Assembly: GCA_963768655.1 (NCBI GenBank)
Contig: CAVYIM010000004.1
Coordinates: 352,001-416,000 of the forward strand
Length of the DNA stretch: 64,000 bases
From: an uncultured Chloroflexia bacterium
Lineage (GTDB): Bacteria > Chloroflexota > Limnocylindria > Limnocylindrales > CSP1-4
Direction: 5' to 3'
In this document: piece after piece, positions 17,751-26,355 of the stretch
Numbering within the stretch: position 1 is the first letter of the stretch
How the letters are laid out: each line of letters opens with the position of its first letter
Made by a program: the position numbers and the translations under genes
Notes under the pieces: generated by a model
Seen by the model: the letters and a program-made list of their open reading frames with translations, nothing else
Database searches by the model: none
Told to the model about the DNA's origin: nothing

Positions 17751-19265
17751 CTATTCGGTCAGCGACGCGCCGCCGGAGAACTGGGCGATCCGGAAGATCA
17801 CGAATTCGGCCGGCTTCACGGGCGCGATCCCTATGTCGATGATCAGCTGGCCGGCGTCGATCGTTTCCGACGTGTTGTTCTCCCCGTCGCACTTGACGAA
17901 GAAGGCTTCGCCGGGCGTCGCGCCGAACAGCGCGCCGTCGCGCCAGACGCGGACGAGGAACGAGTTGATCGTCCGCTTGACGCGTTCCCAGAGCGCCATG
18001 TCGTTGGGCTCGAAGACGACCCACTGGGTACCTTCGAGGATCGACTCCTCCACGTAGTTGAAGAGGCGCCGGACGTTGAGGTACCGCCAGGCCGGATCGG
18101 ACGAGAGAGTCCTCGCGCCCCAGACGCGGATGCCGCGGCCGGGGAAGGAGCGGATGCAGTTGACTCCGATCGGGTTGAGGAGGTCGTGCTCGCTCTTGGT
18201 GATCTGCACTTCCAGGGCGATGGCTCCCCGGACGACTTCGTTGGCGGGGGCCTTGTGGACGCCACGCTCCGAGTCGCTGCGGGCCCAGATGCCGGCCATG
18301 TGGCCGGATGGCGGCACGAAGATCGCCCGGCCGGCGAGCGGATCGAAGACCTTGACCCAGGGCCAGTACAGGGCCGCGTACTTGGAGTCGTAGCCGGCCC
18401 GATCGGTCCGCCACTCGTGGATCTGCTGCGCCCCGAAGTCGGGCGGCGCGTCCAGGATGGCGACCCGGTCGCCCATCAGCTCGCAGTGGGCGATCATCGC
18501 CAGCTGGACGGCCTTCACGCCCTCCATGTCGATGGTGCCCTTCTGATACAGAGCCATGAGATCGGGAGCGGCGACCATCGTCACCTCGTCGACCGCCTCC
18601 AGGCCGCCGAAGCCGGTGCGCTCGGCCGCGTTGCCGGCGTATTCGTCCGGAGTGACCCGGATCGTGCCCGTCGTCGTGCCGCCGCTGAGCGACATCCTGC
18701 CCATGGCGGGTGTCAGCTCCGACTTCGTGACCTCTTCGAGACGGATCCGGTGGGACGTCCTGGTCTGGGTGAAGACGTTCTGGCGGCCCTTCTTGAGGGT
18801 TACGTTGTCGTAAACCTCATCCTCCTTACCGCCAACCGACACGATGAGCTTGAAGACGCCTTCGCCAGGTTCCGACGGTTCGGCCACCTCGACCGAGATC
18901 TGGTCGCCGGAGACGCCGGGCTCGAGGGCGACGGCCCGGAACGCCGGGACCGATTTGTCGGTGGAGCTCGGCAGCTCGAGGCGGGCGGCCGGGGCAACGC
19001 CGTCCGCTCCGATCCGGACAACATAGGCGGCGCCGCCGCCGTTCAGGAAGTAGCCGTAGACGGCATGGGCGAGATAGGAGCCCTCGATGAAGTCTCCGAA
19101 CGTGGATGTGAACTGGGTCCAGTTGGTGACCAGGACGGGCGTGTTGGCGGGTCCTAGCTGAGCAAGGCCGACGAAGGCTGCGACGGCGGTCCCGACGCCC
19201 TCGATCGGGCGGGAGCCGGCCTCGACCTCCTCGACGTAGACGCCGGGCGACAGGTATTGCGGCAT
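17751..19265 (-). CDS. Contractile tail sheath protein (Cis2/Afp2)
   Basis: Starts MPQYLSPGVYVEEV; PPSGHMAGIWARSD.ERGVHKAPAN, VWGART, WRYLNVRR, WVVFEPN, PVKPAEFV. Confidence 0.97.
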   Translation of the reverse strand: MPQYLSPGVYVEEVEAGSRPIEGVGTAVAAFVGLAQLGPANTPVLVTNWTQFTSTFGDFIEGSYLAHAVYGYFLNGGGAAYVVRIGADGVAPAARLELPSSTDKSVPAFRAVALEPGVSGDQISVEVAEPSEPGEGVFKLIVSVGGKEDEVYDNVTLKKGRQNVFTQTRTSHRIRLEEVTKSELTPAMGRMSLSGGTTTGTIRVTPDEYAGNAAERTGFGGLEAVDEVTMVAAPDLMALYQKGTIDMEGVKAVQLAMIAHCELMGDRVAILDAPPDFGAQQIHEWRTDRAGYDSKYAALYWPWVKVFDPLAGRAIFVPPSGHMAGIWARSDSERGVHKAPANEVVRGAIALEVQITKSEHDLLNPIGVNCIRSFPGRGIRVWGARTLSSDPAWRYLNVRRLFNYVEESILEGTQWVVFEPNDMALWERVKRTINSFLVRVWRDGALFGATPGEAFFVKCDGENNTSETIDAGQLIIDIGIAPVKPAEFVIFRIAQFSGGASLTE

Positions 19266-19365
19266 GCGGTTCGTCTCCAACACTGCGGAGATGTAGAGGC
19301 TGAGGGTCCGCTCTGGCCAGGTCGGCGGCAATGGTCGGGCGGGCGGTCTGGAGGGAAGAAACGGG

Positions 19366-19400
19366 TGTCCATCAGGGCAGTCGCGTTGCCCGAACGGTTG
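19366..19400. promoter_or_regulatory. Candidate operator boxes (TGCCC-N4-GGGCA type) in the sheath/cap divergent region
   Basis: TGTCC-ATCA-GGGCA at 19366-19379 and a weaker TGCCC-GAAC-GGTTG at 19387-19400. Confidence 0.45.
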
Positions 19401-19542
19401 CCCCGCAACCACTTGCAGGGCCCCCGTTCCGCACCGAAGCTGGGGCGCGGCGAGCGCTGCCATTCGGCGGCGCGTGGCTGCCTGCCGTCGACGTCAGGAT
19501 CGGGACGGAGGAGCACATGGGTCGGGCCGACCGGATGTCCGG

Positions 19543-20295
19543 ATGATCGAGGTCTTCGACGAGACTCTCCGCGAGCTCGTGCGACGCGAGGTTCTGAACG
19601 GCAGCCAGGTCGAGATCGCCTTCGACGCGCCCACCAAGGATTGGGCGTCTCGCCGGAACGCCCCCGTCGTCAACCTGTACCTGTACGACATCAGAGACGA
19701 CCTGACTCGCCGCGAGGTCCAGTACGAGGAAGTCCGCGATCCGGCCGGCCGGGTCACCGAGAGGCGTCCGCCGGTCCACCGCTTCCGGCTCTCCTACATC
19801 GTCACCGCCTGGACCCAACGGCCGGAGGATGAGCACCGCCTCCTGTCTGCGTGCCTGGCAAGCTTCCTGCGGCACGAGACCCTGGCCCCGCGCGAGCTCT
19901 CCGGCGCCCTTGCGGCGCAGCCTCACCCGGTCCTCTTGAATGTGGCGCTGCCGCCCACCGAAGACCGCTCGATCGCCGACGTGTGGACGGCCCTGGGTGG
20001 CGAGCTCAAGCCTTCGATAGACCTGGTGGCCATCGTTCCGTTCGTCGTCGACCGACATCAGGAAGCAGGGCCGCCGGTCCTCGAAGCGCCGCGCCTGACG
20101 CTGACGTCGCGCCGGGAGTCTCCGGAACGGATCCCGAGCACGGGTCGGGGACGGGCCGCCGCCAGCGCCGGCGCCGGCGCGGGAGACGGGGGCGAGAGCC
20201 GGCTCGACGCGGGAGTGGCCGCGGAGACGGTCACGGGCGGGAGCGAGGATCAGCCGGGTCGGATCGTTCGCGTCCGATCGGTCCGTCGCCTATGA
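19543..20295 (+). CDS. DUF4255 family CIS cap/terminator protein (Cis16/Afp16)
   Basis: FDAPTKDW, VNLYLYDIRDD, LSYIVTAW...EDEHRLL, DVWTALGGELKPS. Confidence 0.93.
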   Translation: MIEVFDETLRELVRREVLNGSQVEIAFDAPTKDWASRRNAPVVNLYLYDIRDDLTRREVQYEEVRDPAGRVTERRPPVHRFRLSYIVTAWTQRPEDEHRLLSACLASFLRHETLAPRELSGALAAQPHPVLLNVALPPTEDRSIADVWTALGGELKPSIDLVAIVPFVVDRHQEAGPPVLEAPRLTLTSRRESPERIPSTGRGRAAASAGAGAGDGGESRLDAGVAAETVTGGSEDQPGRIVRVRSVRRL

Positions 20296-22538
20296 CCGGG
20301 ACGGGTGTGCGGGACGCCGCTCCGGCGCGCGACGGCGCGCCGGAGGCGGCTGGAGGCGACCCCGAGATCGATCCGTCGCTGCGTCACCTGGCCGGCCGGA
20401 TGTCGATCGTCGAGGCTCGCGTAGGGATCCTCGTGGCGGCGAGGAGGGCTTCGAACGCCAACCCCGACGACAGGTTCCGAGGGCTGTACGTATCCGATTC
20501 CGACGCGGCGATGCTGGTCCAGGGCTCGGCCGCCCACGGTGCGGGTCCACCCGCGGGGCCGCCCGCGGCGACGGCTGCGGGGCCGCCGGCGGCGACGGCC
20601 CGGGGACCCGCGGCGGACACTGCGCCCGCGGAAGACGGGATCGCGACGGCCTTCGCCGCGGTCGAGGCCGACGCCGACCGGGCCGAGGCGGACGGCCGCG
20701 AGATCCGCCTGCGGACTCTGTCCCGCGCCTATGGGCTGGACCGGCTCGACGAGGAGCTGCTCCTGATCGCGCTCGCGCCCGATTTGGATCCACGGTACGA
20801 GCGGCTGTACGGGTACTTGAACGACGACGTCTCGAGGAGGCGCGCGTCGGTCGGCCTGGCGCTGACGCTGTGCGGCGTGTCGGTCAGCTCGGGCGTCGGG
20901 CGCGGCCGTCTCGGCGTATCCGGCCCGCTCGTGGCTGGTCGCCTGATCGAGATCGAAGACGCGGGCCGGCCATTCCTGACCCGCCTGCTCCGCGCTCGAG
21001 ATCGAGTGGTCGGTTTCCTGCTGGGCGACCCCACTCCGGACGCCGGGCTGGCGGGGTTGCTGCCGGCCGTCGATGGTCCCGCCTCGACTGAAACTGGCTC
21101 CCCTGATTCCGCCCGATCCGCCGAGGAAGCGATGCTGGAACGCGGCCTACGCGCCGGAGCGGGACTCGCCTACGTCCGCGACGGAGTGGGTTCGGACGGG
21201 CGCGGCATCGCCCTTGCCGGCTCGACGCGGACCGGAGCTCGAGTCATCGCCCTGGACCTCGAATCTCTCCCGCCCGAGCCGGACGTCCGGGGCGTCGCAG
21301 CCGCCGCGGCGCTGGAAGCGCGGCTTCGCGGCGGCGCCGTAGTCGCGGGGCCGCTCGACGTCCTGGCCGACCTGGGCCCGTGGGCCGTCTCCGCCTTCGC
21401 CGACCTGCCCTGCCGGGTCGTGCTCCACGGAACTCGAGCCTGGGACCCGCGATGGTCGCACCGTCCGCCGCTGTTCATCGAAGCGCCCCAGGCGACGGCG
21501 GCCGAGCGGTCGCGGGCCTGGCGGGCCTCGCTCGACGGGTTGCCCGGGGCCGACGATCTGGCCGCCGCCGTCTCGGCCTATCCATTCCGCCTCGCGCCGC
21601 CGGAGATCGCCCGGGCGACGAGCCTGGCCCGTCTTGCCGCAGCCGCGGCCGGTCGACCGGTCGCCGCCTCCGATCTGGCCGCCGGCGTTCGGGCCCGAAA
21701 TGCGACCGGCCTGCAGAAGCTCGCTCGCCGGATCGAGCCCCGGGCCGGGTGGTCGGACCTGATCCTGCCGCCCGACATCGTCGACCATCTGCACGACCTG
21801 TCGAACCGGGCCCGCCATCGCGACCAGGTCCTGGATGGCTGGGGACTCGGCGATCCGAACCGGGGTCGCGGGCTCACCGTCCTGTTCACCGGCGACTCCG
21901 GGACGGGCAAGACGCTGTCGGCCGAGGTCGTCGCCGGCACGCTGGGCCTGGAGATGTACCTGATCGACCTGTCCTCGGTCGTCGACAAGTACATCGGGGA
22001 GACGGAGAAGAACCTCGACCGCGTCTTCAGCCAGGCCGACGGAGTCAACGGCGTGCTCCTCTTCGATGAGGCCGACGCCATCTTCGGGAAGCGTTCCGAG
22101 GTTCGCGACGCCCACGATCGCTACGCCAACGTGGAGATAGCCTATCTGCTCCAGCGGATGGAGCGCTTCGACGGCATGGCGATCCTGACCACGAATCTGC
22201 GGGCCAACCTCGACGATGCTTTCCTGCGCCGGCTGGACGTGCTGGTCGACTTTCCGATGCCCGACGAGGCCCAGCGACGCCGCCTCTGGCAGCGCCATCT
22301 ACCTTCCAGCCTGCCCGTCTCTGACGACTTGGACCTCGATTTCCTGGCCCGCAGCTTCCGGGTTTCCGGCGGCAGCATCCGAAACATCGTGGCCACGGCC
22401 GCCTACAACGCCGCAGCCGGTGACCGGCCCGTGGCGATGGCGGACCTCATCAGGGGCACCGAACGCGAATACCGAAAGCTCGGACACCTCAACACGGAGG
22501 CCGAGTTCGGGCCCTACTTCCATCAACTGGGATCGTGA
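20292..22538 (+). CDS. CIS AAA+ ATPase (Cis15/Afp15)
   Basis: YGYLNDDVSRRR N-domain, Walker A GDSGTGKT, VVDKYIGETEKNL, Walker B LLFDEAD, DRYAN.E..YLLQRME. ATGA overlap with the cap gene. Confidence 0.95.
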   Translation: MTGTGVRDAAPARDGAPEAAGGDPEIDPSLRHLAGRMSIVEARVGILVAARRASNANPDDRFRGLYVSDSDAAMLVQGSAAHGAGPPAGPPAATAAGPPAATARGPAADTAPAEDGIATAFAAVEADADRAEADGREIRLRTLSRAYGLDRLDEELLLIALAPDLDPRYERLYGYLNDDVSRRRASVGLALTLCGVSVSSGVGRGRLGVSGPLVAGRLIEIEDAGRPFLTRLLRARDRVVGFLLGDPTPDAGLAGLLPAVDGPASTETGSPDSARSAEEAMLERGLRAGAGLAYVRDGVGSDGRGIALAGSTRTGARVIALDLESLPPEPDVRGVAAAAALEARLRGGAVVAGPLDVLADLGPWAVSAFADLPCRVVLHGTRAWDPRWSHRPPLFIEAPQATAAERSRAWRASLDGLPGADDLAAAVSAYPFRLAPPEIARATSLARLAAAAAGRPVAASDLAAGVRARNATGLQKLARRIEPRAGWSDLILPPDIVDHLHDLSNRARHRDQVLDGWGLGDPNRGRGLTVLFTGDSGTGKTLSAEVVAGTLGLEMYLIDLSSVVDKYIGETEKNLDRVFSQADGVNGVLLFDEADAIFGKRSEVRDAHDRYANVEIAYLLQRMERFDGMAILTTNLRANLDDAFLRRLDVLVDFPMPDEAQRRRLWQRHLPSSLPVSDDLDLDFLARSFRVSGGSIRNIVATAAYNAAAGDRPVAMADLIRGTEREYRKLGHLNTEAEFGPYFHQLGS

Positions 22539-22551
22539 CGGAGGCTGAAGC

Positions 22552-23589
22552 ATGAGCAGCCGGGATCGCACGCGAACACACGCGCACGAGCAGGCCGAAG
22601 TCGTGCCGGCGCGGCGCCGGCCCCAGCCGGCCGCGGAAGAGGCGGTCGAGGGCGAGGCGCTGCATGCTACTGATCTCGCGCGGCCGGCCGGGCTCGGTCA
22701 GACGGAGATCCGACATCTACAGCGGACCGCCGGCAACTCCGCCGTCGCATCGCTGATGGACGACCTCGACGAGGTGGATCCGGTTCCGGGCGATGGCCAG
22801 CGGCTCGATCCGGCCTTCGAGGCCAGGATGGCCCAGGCGTTCGGGACCGACTTCTCCGACGTCCGGGTCCACGACGGCGCCGATGCCGCGGCCTCCGCTG
22901 CCGCCTTCGAGGCCCGTGCCTACACCATCGGCAACGACATCGTCCGGGGCGAAGGCTCGGGCGACGATCGGACGATGGCCCACGAGCTCGCCCATGTCGT
23001 CCAGCAGCGGAACGGGCCGGTCGGCGGAGCTCCCGTCGGCGGGGCCAACGTGGCGCGTTTCTCGATCAGCGATCCGAGCGACGCCCTGGAGCAGGCGGCC
23101 AATTCCGCGGCCAGTTCCGTGATGGGCGGCGGAATGCCGAGCATCCCCGGCCTGGGCAGCCTGCCCGGTCTGGGCGGCGGCATGCCGAGCATCCCCGGCC
23201 TGGGCAGCCTGCCCGGTCTGGGCGGCGGCATGCCGAGCCTGCCGAGCATCCCCGGCCTGGGCAGCCTGCCCGGTCTGGGCGGCGGCATGCCGAGCCTGCC
23301 GAGCATCCCCGGCCTGGGCAGCCTGCCCGGTCTGGGCGGCGGCATGCCGAGCCTGCCGAGCATCCCCGGCCTGGGCAGCCTCCCCGGTCTGGGCGGCGGC
23401 ATGCCGAGCCTGCCGAGCATCCCCGGCCTGGGCAGCATCCCCGGTCTGGGCGGCGGCATGCCGAGCATCCCGGGTCTCGGCGGCCTGCCCGAGCCCGGGC
23501 AGCTCGAAGACGACCTGACCAAGGGCGCATCCGGCCTCATGGGCTCCCTCGGCGGACTCGCCGGCTCTCTTGGCGGGCTCTTCGGCTAG
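22552..23589 (+). CDS. DUF4157 (eCIS core) domain protein with C-terminal Gly/Pro/Leu tandem repeats; candidate CIS cargo
   Basis: [42 protein letters not shown], then (GGGMPS[LPS][10 protein letters not shown])n. Confidence 0.9.
   Translation: MSSRDRTRTHAHEQAEVVPARRRPQPAAEEAVEGEALHATDLARPAGLGQTEIRHLQRTAGNSAVASLMDDLDEVDPVPGDGQRLDPAFEARMAQAFGTDFSDVRVHDGADAAASAAAFEARAYTIGNDIVRGEGSGDDRTMAHELAHVVQQRNGPVGGAPVGGANVARFSISDPSDALEQAANSAASSVMGGGMPSIPGLGSLPGLGGGMPSIPGLGSLPGLGGGMPSLPSIPGLGSLPGLGGGMPSLPSIPGLGSLPGLGGGMPSLPSIPGLGSLPGLGGGMPSLPSIPGLGSIPGLGGGMPSIPGLGGLPEPGQLEDDLTKGASGLMGSLGGLAGSLGGLFG
23125..23490 (+). repeat. Coding tandem repeat: 2 x 48 bp, 4 x 57 bp and one partial unit
   Basis: Near-identical units ggcggcggcatgccgagc(ctgccgagc)atccccggcctgggcagcctgcccggtctg. 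Confidence 0.95.
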
Positions 23590-23652
23590 AGGAGGCGTCC
23601 GGGGCGGGTCGCCTGCGGCGGCCGGGCCGGCTCCGGCGGACGCGGGCCGCCT

Positions 23653-24279
23653 CTAGATGAGGCCCTGGCGAATCACGTAGGCGACCGCGTGGGCGCGGTT
23701 GCGCAGCTCGAACCGGACTGTCACGTCGTGGATGATGTTCTTGACCGTCCGCTCGGAGAAGTACAGCTCGCGTCCCACTTCCGCCGTGTCGTGGCCGTCC
23801 GCGATCAGCTTGAGGACCGCGACCTCGCGTTCGGTCAACCCGCCGAGAGTCAGGCCGCGCGGAGACAGCACCTGGCGCTGCAGCCGTCCGACCTGGGCGA
23901 GGAGCCGGCCCAGCAGGTCGGGTGGCAGCGTGCCGTCGCCTTCCGCGGCCCGCCGGATCGCCTGTTCGAGCGTGGCGGCGTCACTGTTCCGACGGACGAT
24001 GCCACTCACGCCGGCTTCTACGGCGGCGAGCAGGCCTGCGTCGTCGATCCGGCCCACGAGCAGCACGACCCGCCGAAGGCCGGCCGCCGGTGTCGTGCGG
24101 ATGGCCTGGATGGTGGCCCCGTCCGCTTCTTCGGCCGCGATCAGCGTGACGCCGCCTTCGGGTGTCGGACCGGAAGTGAGGACGATGTCGGGCTTGCGGC
24201 CGAGCCTGGCCTCGATGCCCGCTCGAGTCAGCGGATCCGCGCCGCTCAGCGACACGACGATCTTGTTCTGGGACGCCAT
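23653..24279 (-). CDS. LuxR/NarL-family regulator with degenerate receiver domain
   Basis: ATG 24279 after GGAGGAG; HTH LTEREVAVLKLIADG.DTAEVG.EL.FSERTVKN; the canonical receiver DD/D/T/K residues are missing. Confidence 0.9.
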   Translation of the reverse strand: MASQNKIVVSLSGADPLTRAGIEARLGRKPDIVLTSGPTPEGGVTLIAAEEADGATIQAIRTTPAAGLRRVVLLVGRIDDAGLLAAVEAGVSGIVRRNSDAATLEQAIRRAAEGDGTLPPDLLGRLLAQVGRLQRQVLSPRGLTLGGLTEREVAVLKLIADGHDTAEVGRELYFSERTVKNIIHDVTVRFELRNRAHAVAYVIRQGLI

Positions 24280-24387
24280 CTGAACATCTCCTCCCGCCCC
24301 GCATTCACGGGGCCTCGGCGGTCTGGACGGAGCGGGCCGGATTTTGCCACCGAGCGGATTCCGTGGACTTAACGTGCAGTTAGCGGG

Positions 24388-24453
24388 CGCCTCAAGAGGC
24401 CGAAGTCTGCCCCTTAGGGCAACGCGATCCACCCCTCGGCGCCTTTTCAGGCA
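24388..24453. promoter_or_regulatory. Three candidate operator boxes YGCCY-N4-RGGC[A/C] in the luxR divergent region
   Basis: CGCCT-CAAG-AGGCC (24388), TGCCC-CTTA-GGGCA (24408), CGCCT-TTTC-AGGCA (24440). Confidence 0.5.
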
Positions 24454-24482
24454 GTTGGGCAGCCGCGAAACTTCGAGCCAAT

Positions 24483-25763
24483 ATGGCATCGATCGTGAAG
24501 CTCCCGAGCGACGTGGTCCAGGTCGTCCCCGGTTCCGAGGCGACCATCCCGGTCACCGTCCGGAACACCGGCACCGTCGTGGACCAATTCACCATCGAAG
24601 TCCTCGGCGAAGCAGCCGCCTGGGCGACCGTCCAGCCCCCGACCCTTTCGCTGTTCCCCGGCGCCGAGGGCAAGGCCGTCGTCACCTTCGCGCCCCCGCG
24701 CGTGGCCTCCGTTCCCGCCGGCCCGCTCGTCTTTGGGATCCGAGTGGCTTCGCACGAAGACCCGACAGGGAGCACGGTGGAGGAGGGGAATCTCAACGTC
24801 GCGGTGTTCGCGGACACGTTCGCCGAACTCCTGCCTCGCACGTCCGCCGGGAGTCGCTCCGCGTCCCACAGCCTGGCGATCGACAACCGGGGCAACGCCG
24901 CCCTCAATGCCACGGTGGCCGGCACCGATCCCGACAATCTGCTCAACATCGCCGCTAAGCCCGCCGGCCTGGTCGTCGACCCGGGAACGGCCGCCTTCGC
25001 GAGCATTCACGTTTCGCCGCGCAAGAGCTTCTGGCGCGGCCAACCGAAAACGCGTCCGTTCAAGCTCCAGGTTGAGTCGCCCGACGGCGCTCCTCTGGTT
25101 CTGGACGGCACGATGCTCCAACAGCCCGTCCTTCCGGGCTGGCTTGGGAAGGCTCTGCTGCTGTGCCTGGCACTGCTGCTCCTGGCGGCGTTGCTCTGGT
25201 TCGGGCTGCTTCAGCCCGACATCAAATCGACTGCCCAGCAGGCCCTGGCCGACGCCGGATACACGCCTCACCCGTCCGGCGCGGCAGCTACGCCGGCGCC
25301 GACCGCGGCCGCGACGCCGACCGCGGCGCCCAGCGCGGCGCCGAGCCCGAAGCCCAGCTCGACGCCAGGGCCGACGTCGGGGCCGACGGCCGGGCCGACC
25401 GCCAGCCCGTCGCCGCTGTCGCCCTTCGCCGGAACCCCCGTCGACGGCCGCCTCACGGCCAACGGGAAGCCCAATTCGACCGGGCCGGTCGCGGCGGGAG
25501 AGGTTCTCTACATCACTGACCTCATCTTCGAAAACCCGAATGGGTTGAGCGGGCCCGCGCAGCTTGTACGTAAGGGCCTGGTGATCGCGGATCTCCAGCT
25601 CGAGAACTTCCGCGACCTCGACTACCACTTCATCACACCGATCGTGCTCGACGCCGGCGACGGACTCACCTTCACCGCGAGTTGCCCTCCCAACAACCTG
25701 GCGACGGCGCCACCTCTGCCATGCACCCCATCCGTCTACTACTCCGGCTTCACCATCCCGTAA
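24483..25763 (+). CDS. CIS-associated bitopic membrane protein with two N-terminal Ig-like (COG1470-like) domains, TM helix, P/T linker and external domain
   Basis: VTVRNTGTVVDQF.IEVLG...W..V.PP.LSLFPG, IDNRGN, TM ALLLCLALLLLAALLWFGLL, C-terminal QLENFRDLDYHF. Confidence 0.8.
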   Translation: MASIVKLPSDVVQVVPGSEATIPVTVRNTGTVVDQFTIEVLGEAAAWATVQPPTLSLFPGAEGKAVVTFAPPRVASVPAGPLVFGIRVASHEDPTGSTVEEGNLNVAVFADTFAELLPRTSAGSRSASHSLAIDNRGNAALNATVAGTDPDNLLNIAAKPAGLVVDPGTAAFASIHVSPRKSFWRGQPKTRPFKLQVESPDGAPLVLDGTMLQQPVLPGWLGKALLLCLALLLLAALLWFGLLQPDIKSTAQQALADAGYTPHPSGAAATPAPTAAATPTAAPSAAPSPKPSSTPGPTSGPTAGPTASPSPLSPFAGTPVDGRLTANGKPNSTGPVAAGEVLYITDLIFENPNGLSGPAQLVRKGLVIADLQLENFRDLDYHFITPIVLDAGDGLTFTASCPPNNLATAPPLPCTPSVYYSGFTIP

Positions 25764-26305
25764 GCGGGCGCTCGATCGGGCGGGGCCTGGCCGCGGCAAG
25801 CATCCTGACTCTCGCGGCAGCTTCCGGCCCGACCGCCCCGATCACCGCCGGCGCCGAGATCGCGGCGTCTGCGGGACCGGCCGGCTACGGCGCCACGACT
25901 CAGCCGCAGGCCGAGATCCTGCTCCCACCCACGATCACGCTGTCACTCTCCGTTGGACCGCCCGGTTCCGTGACCACCGTGACCGGCAGCAACTTCGCGG
26001 GCCAGCAGCCGGTCCTGTTGCAGTGGTCGACGGGTGTCCCATACCAGCTGCCGAATCCCGTAGTAACCCGGGACGACGGCACGTTCCAGGTCCAGTTCCT
26101 GGTCGTCGCCGGGGACGATGTCTTTGGGCCGCGTGAGCTCCAGGCGGCCATTCCCTTCGTCGGCTTCTTCGGCGCGCCAACGACCACCAATGGGCGGGTC
26201 GTCGCCCAGGCCCAGTTCCTGGTCGTGCCGCACACCGCCGGGCCACCGACAGACGACATCATCCACGCCATCTGGGGGTCGCGGCCGTTCTTCTTCCGGC
26301 ACTGA
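25721..26305 (+). CDS. Putative exported Ig-like protein (start uncertain)
   Basis: Hydrophobic segment LAAASILTLAAAS; PTITLSLSVGPPGSVTTVTGSNF...DDGTFQVQFLV. Confidence 0.55.
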   Translation: MHPIRLLLRLHHPVSGRSIGRGLAAASILTLAAASGPTAPITAGAEIAASAGPAGYGATTQPQAEILLPPTITLSLSVGPPGSVTTVTGSNFAGQQPVLLQWSTGVPYQLPNPVVTRDDGTFQVQFLVVAGDDVFGPRELQAAIPFVGFFGAPTTTNGRVVAQAQFLVVPHTAGPPTDDIIHAIWGSRPFFFRH

Positions 26306-26355
26306 GGCCCTTCGGGCGAACGTCGACGCCGGTCGGCGCCGGACGCGGCCGCCTG

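Noticed and set aside
19851-20291. N-terminal extension of the ATPase ORF (similar extensions for sheath, LysM, cap, GT2, pyrC, pyrR)
   Set aside because: These extensions overlap neighbouring genes or regulatory DNA; RBS and ATGA coupling point to later starts.
7100-22538. Prophage, R-type tailocin or T6SS interpretation
   Set aside because: No capsid, terminase, integrase, fibre or lysis genes, and no TssJ/L/M/K or ClpV. The DUF4255 cap, Afp15-type ATPase and DUF4157 indicate a CIS.
23125-23490. CRISPR-like array
   Set aside because: Contiguous in-frame coding repeats with no unique spacers and no cas genes.
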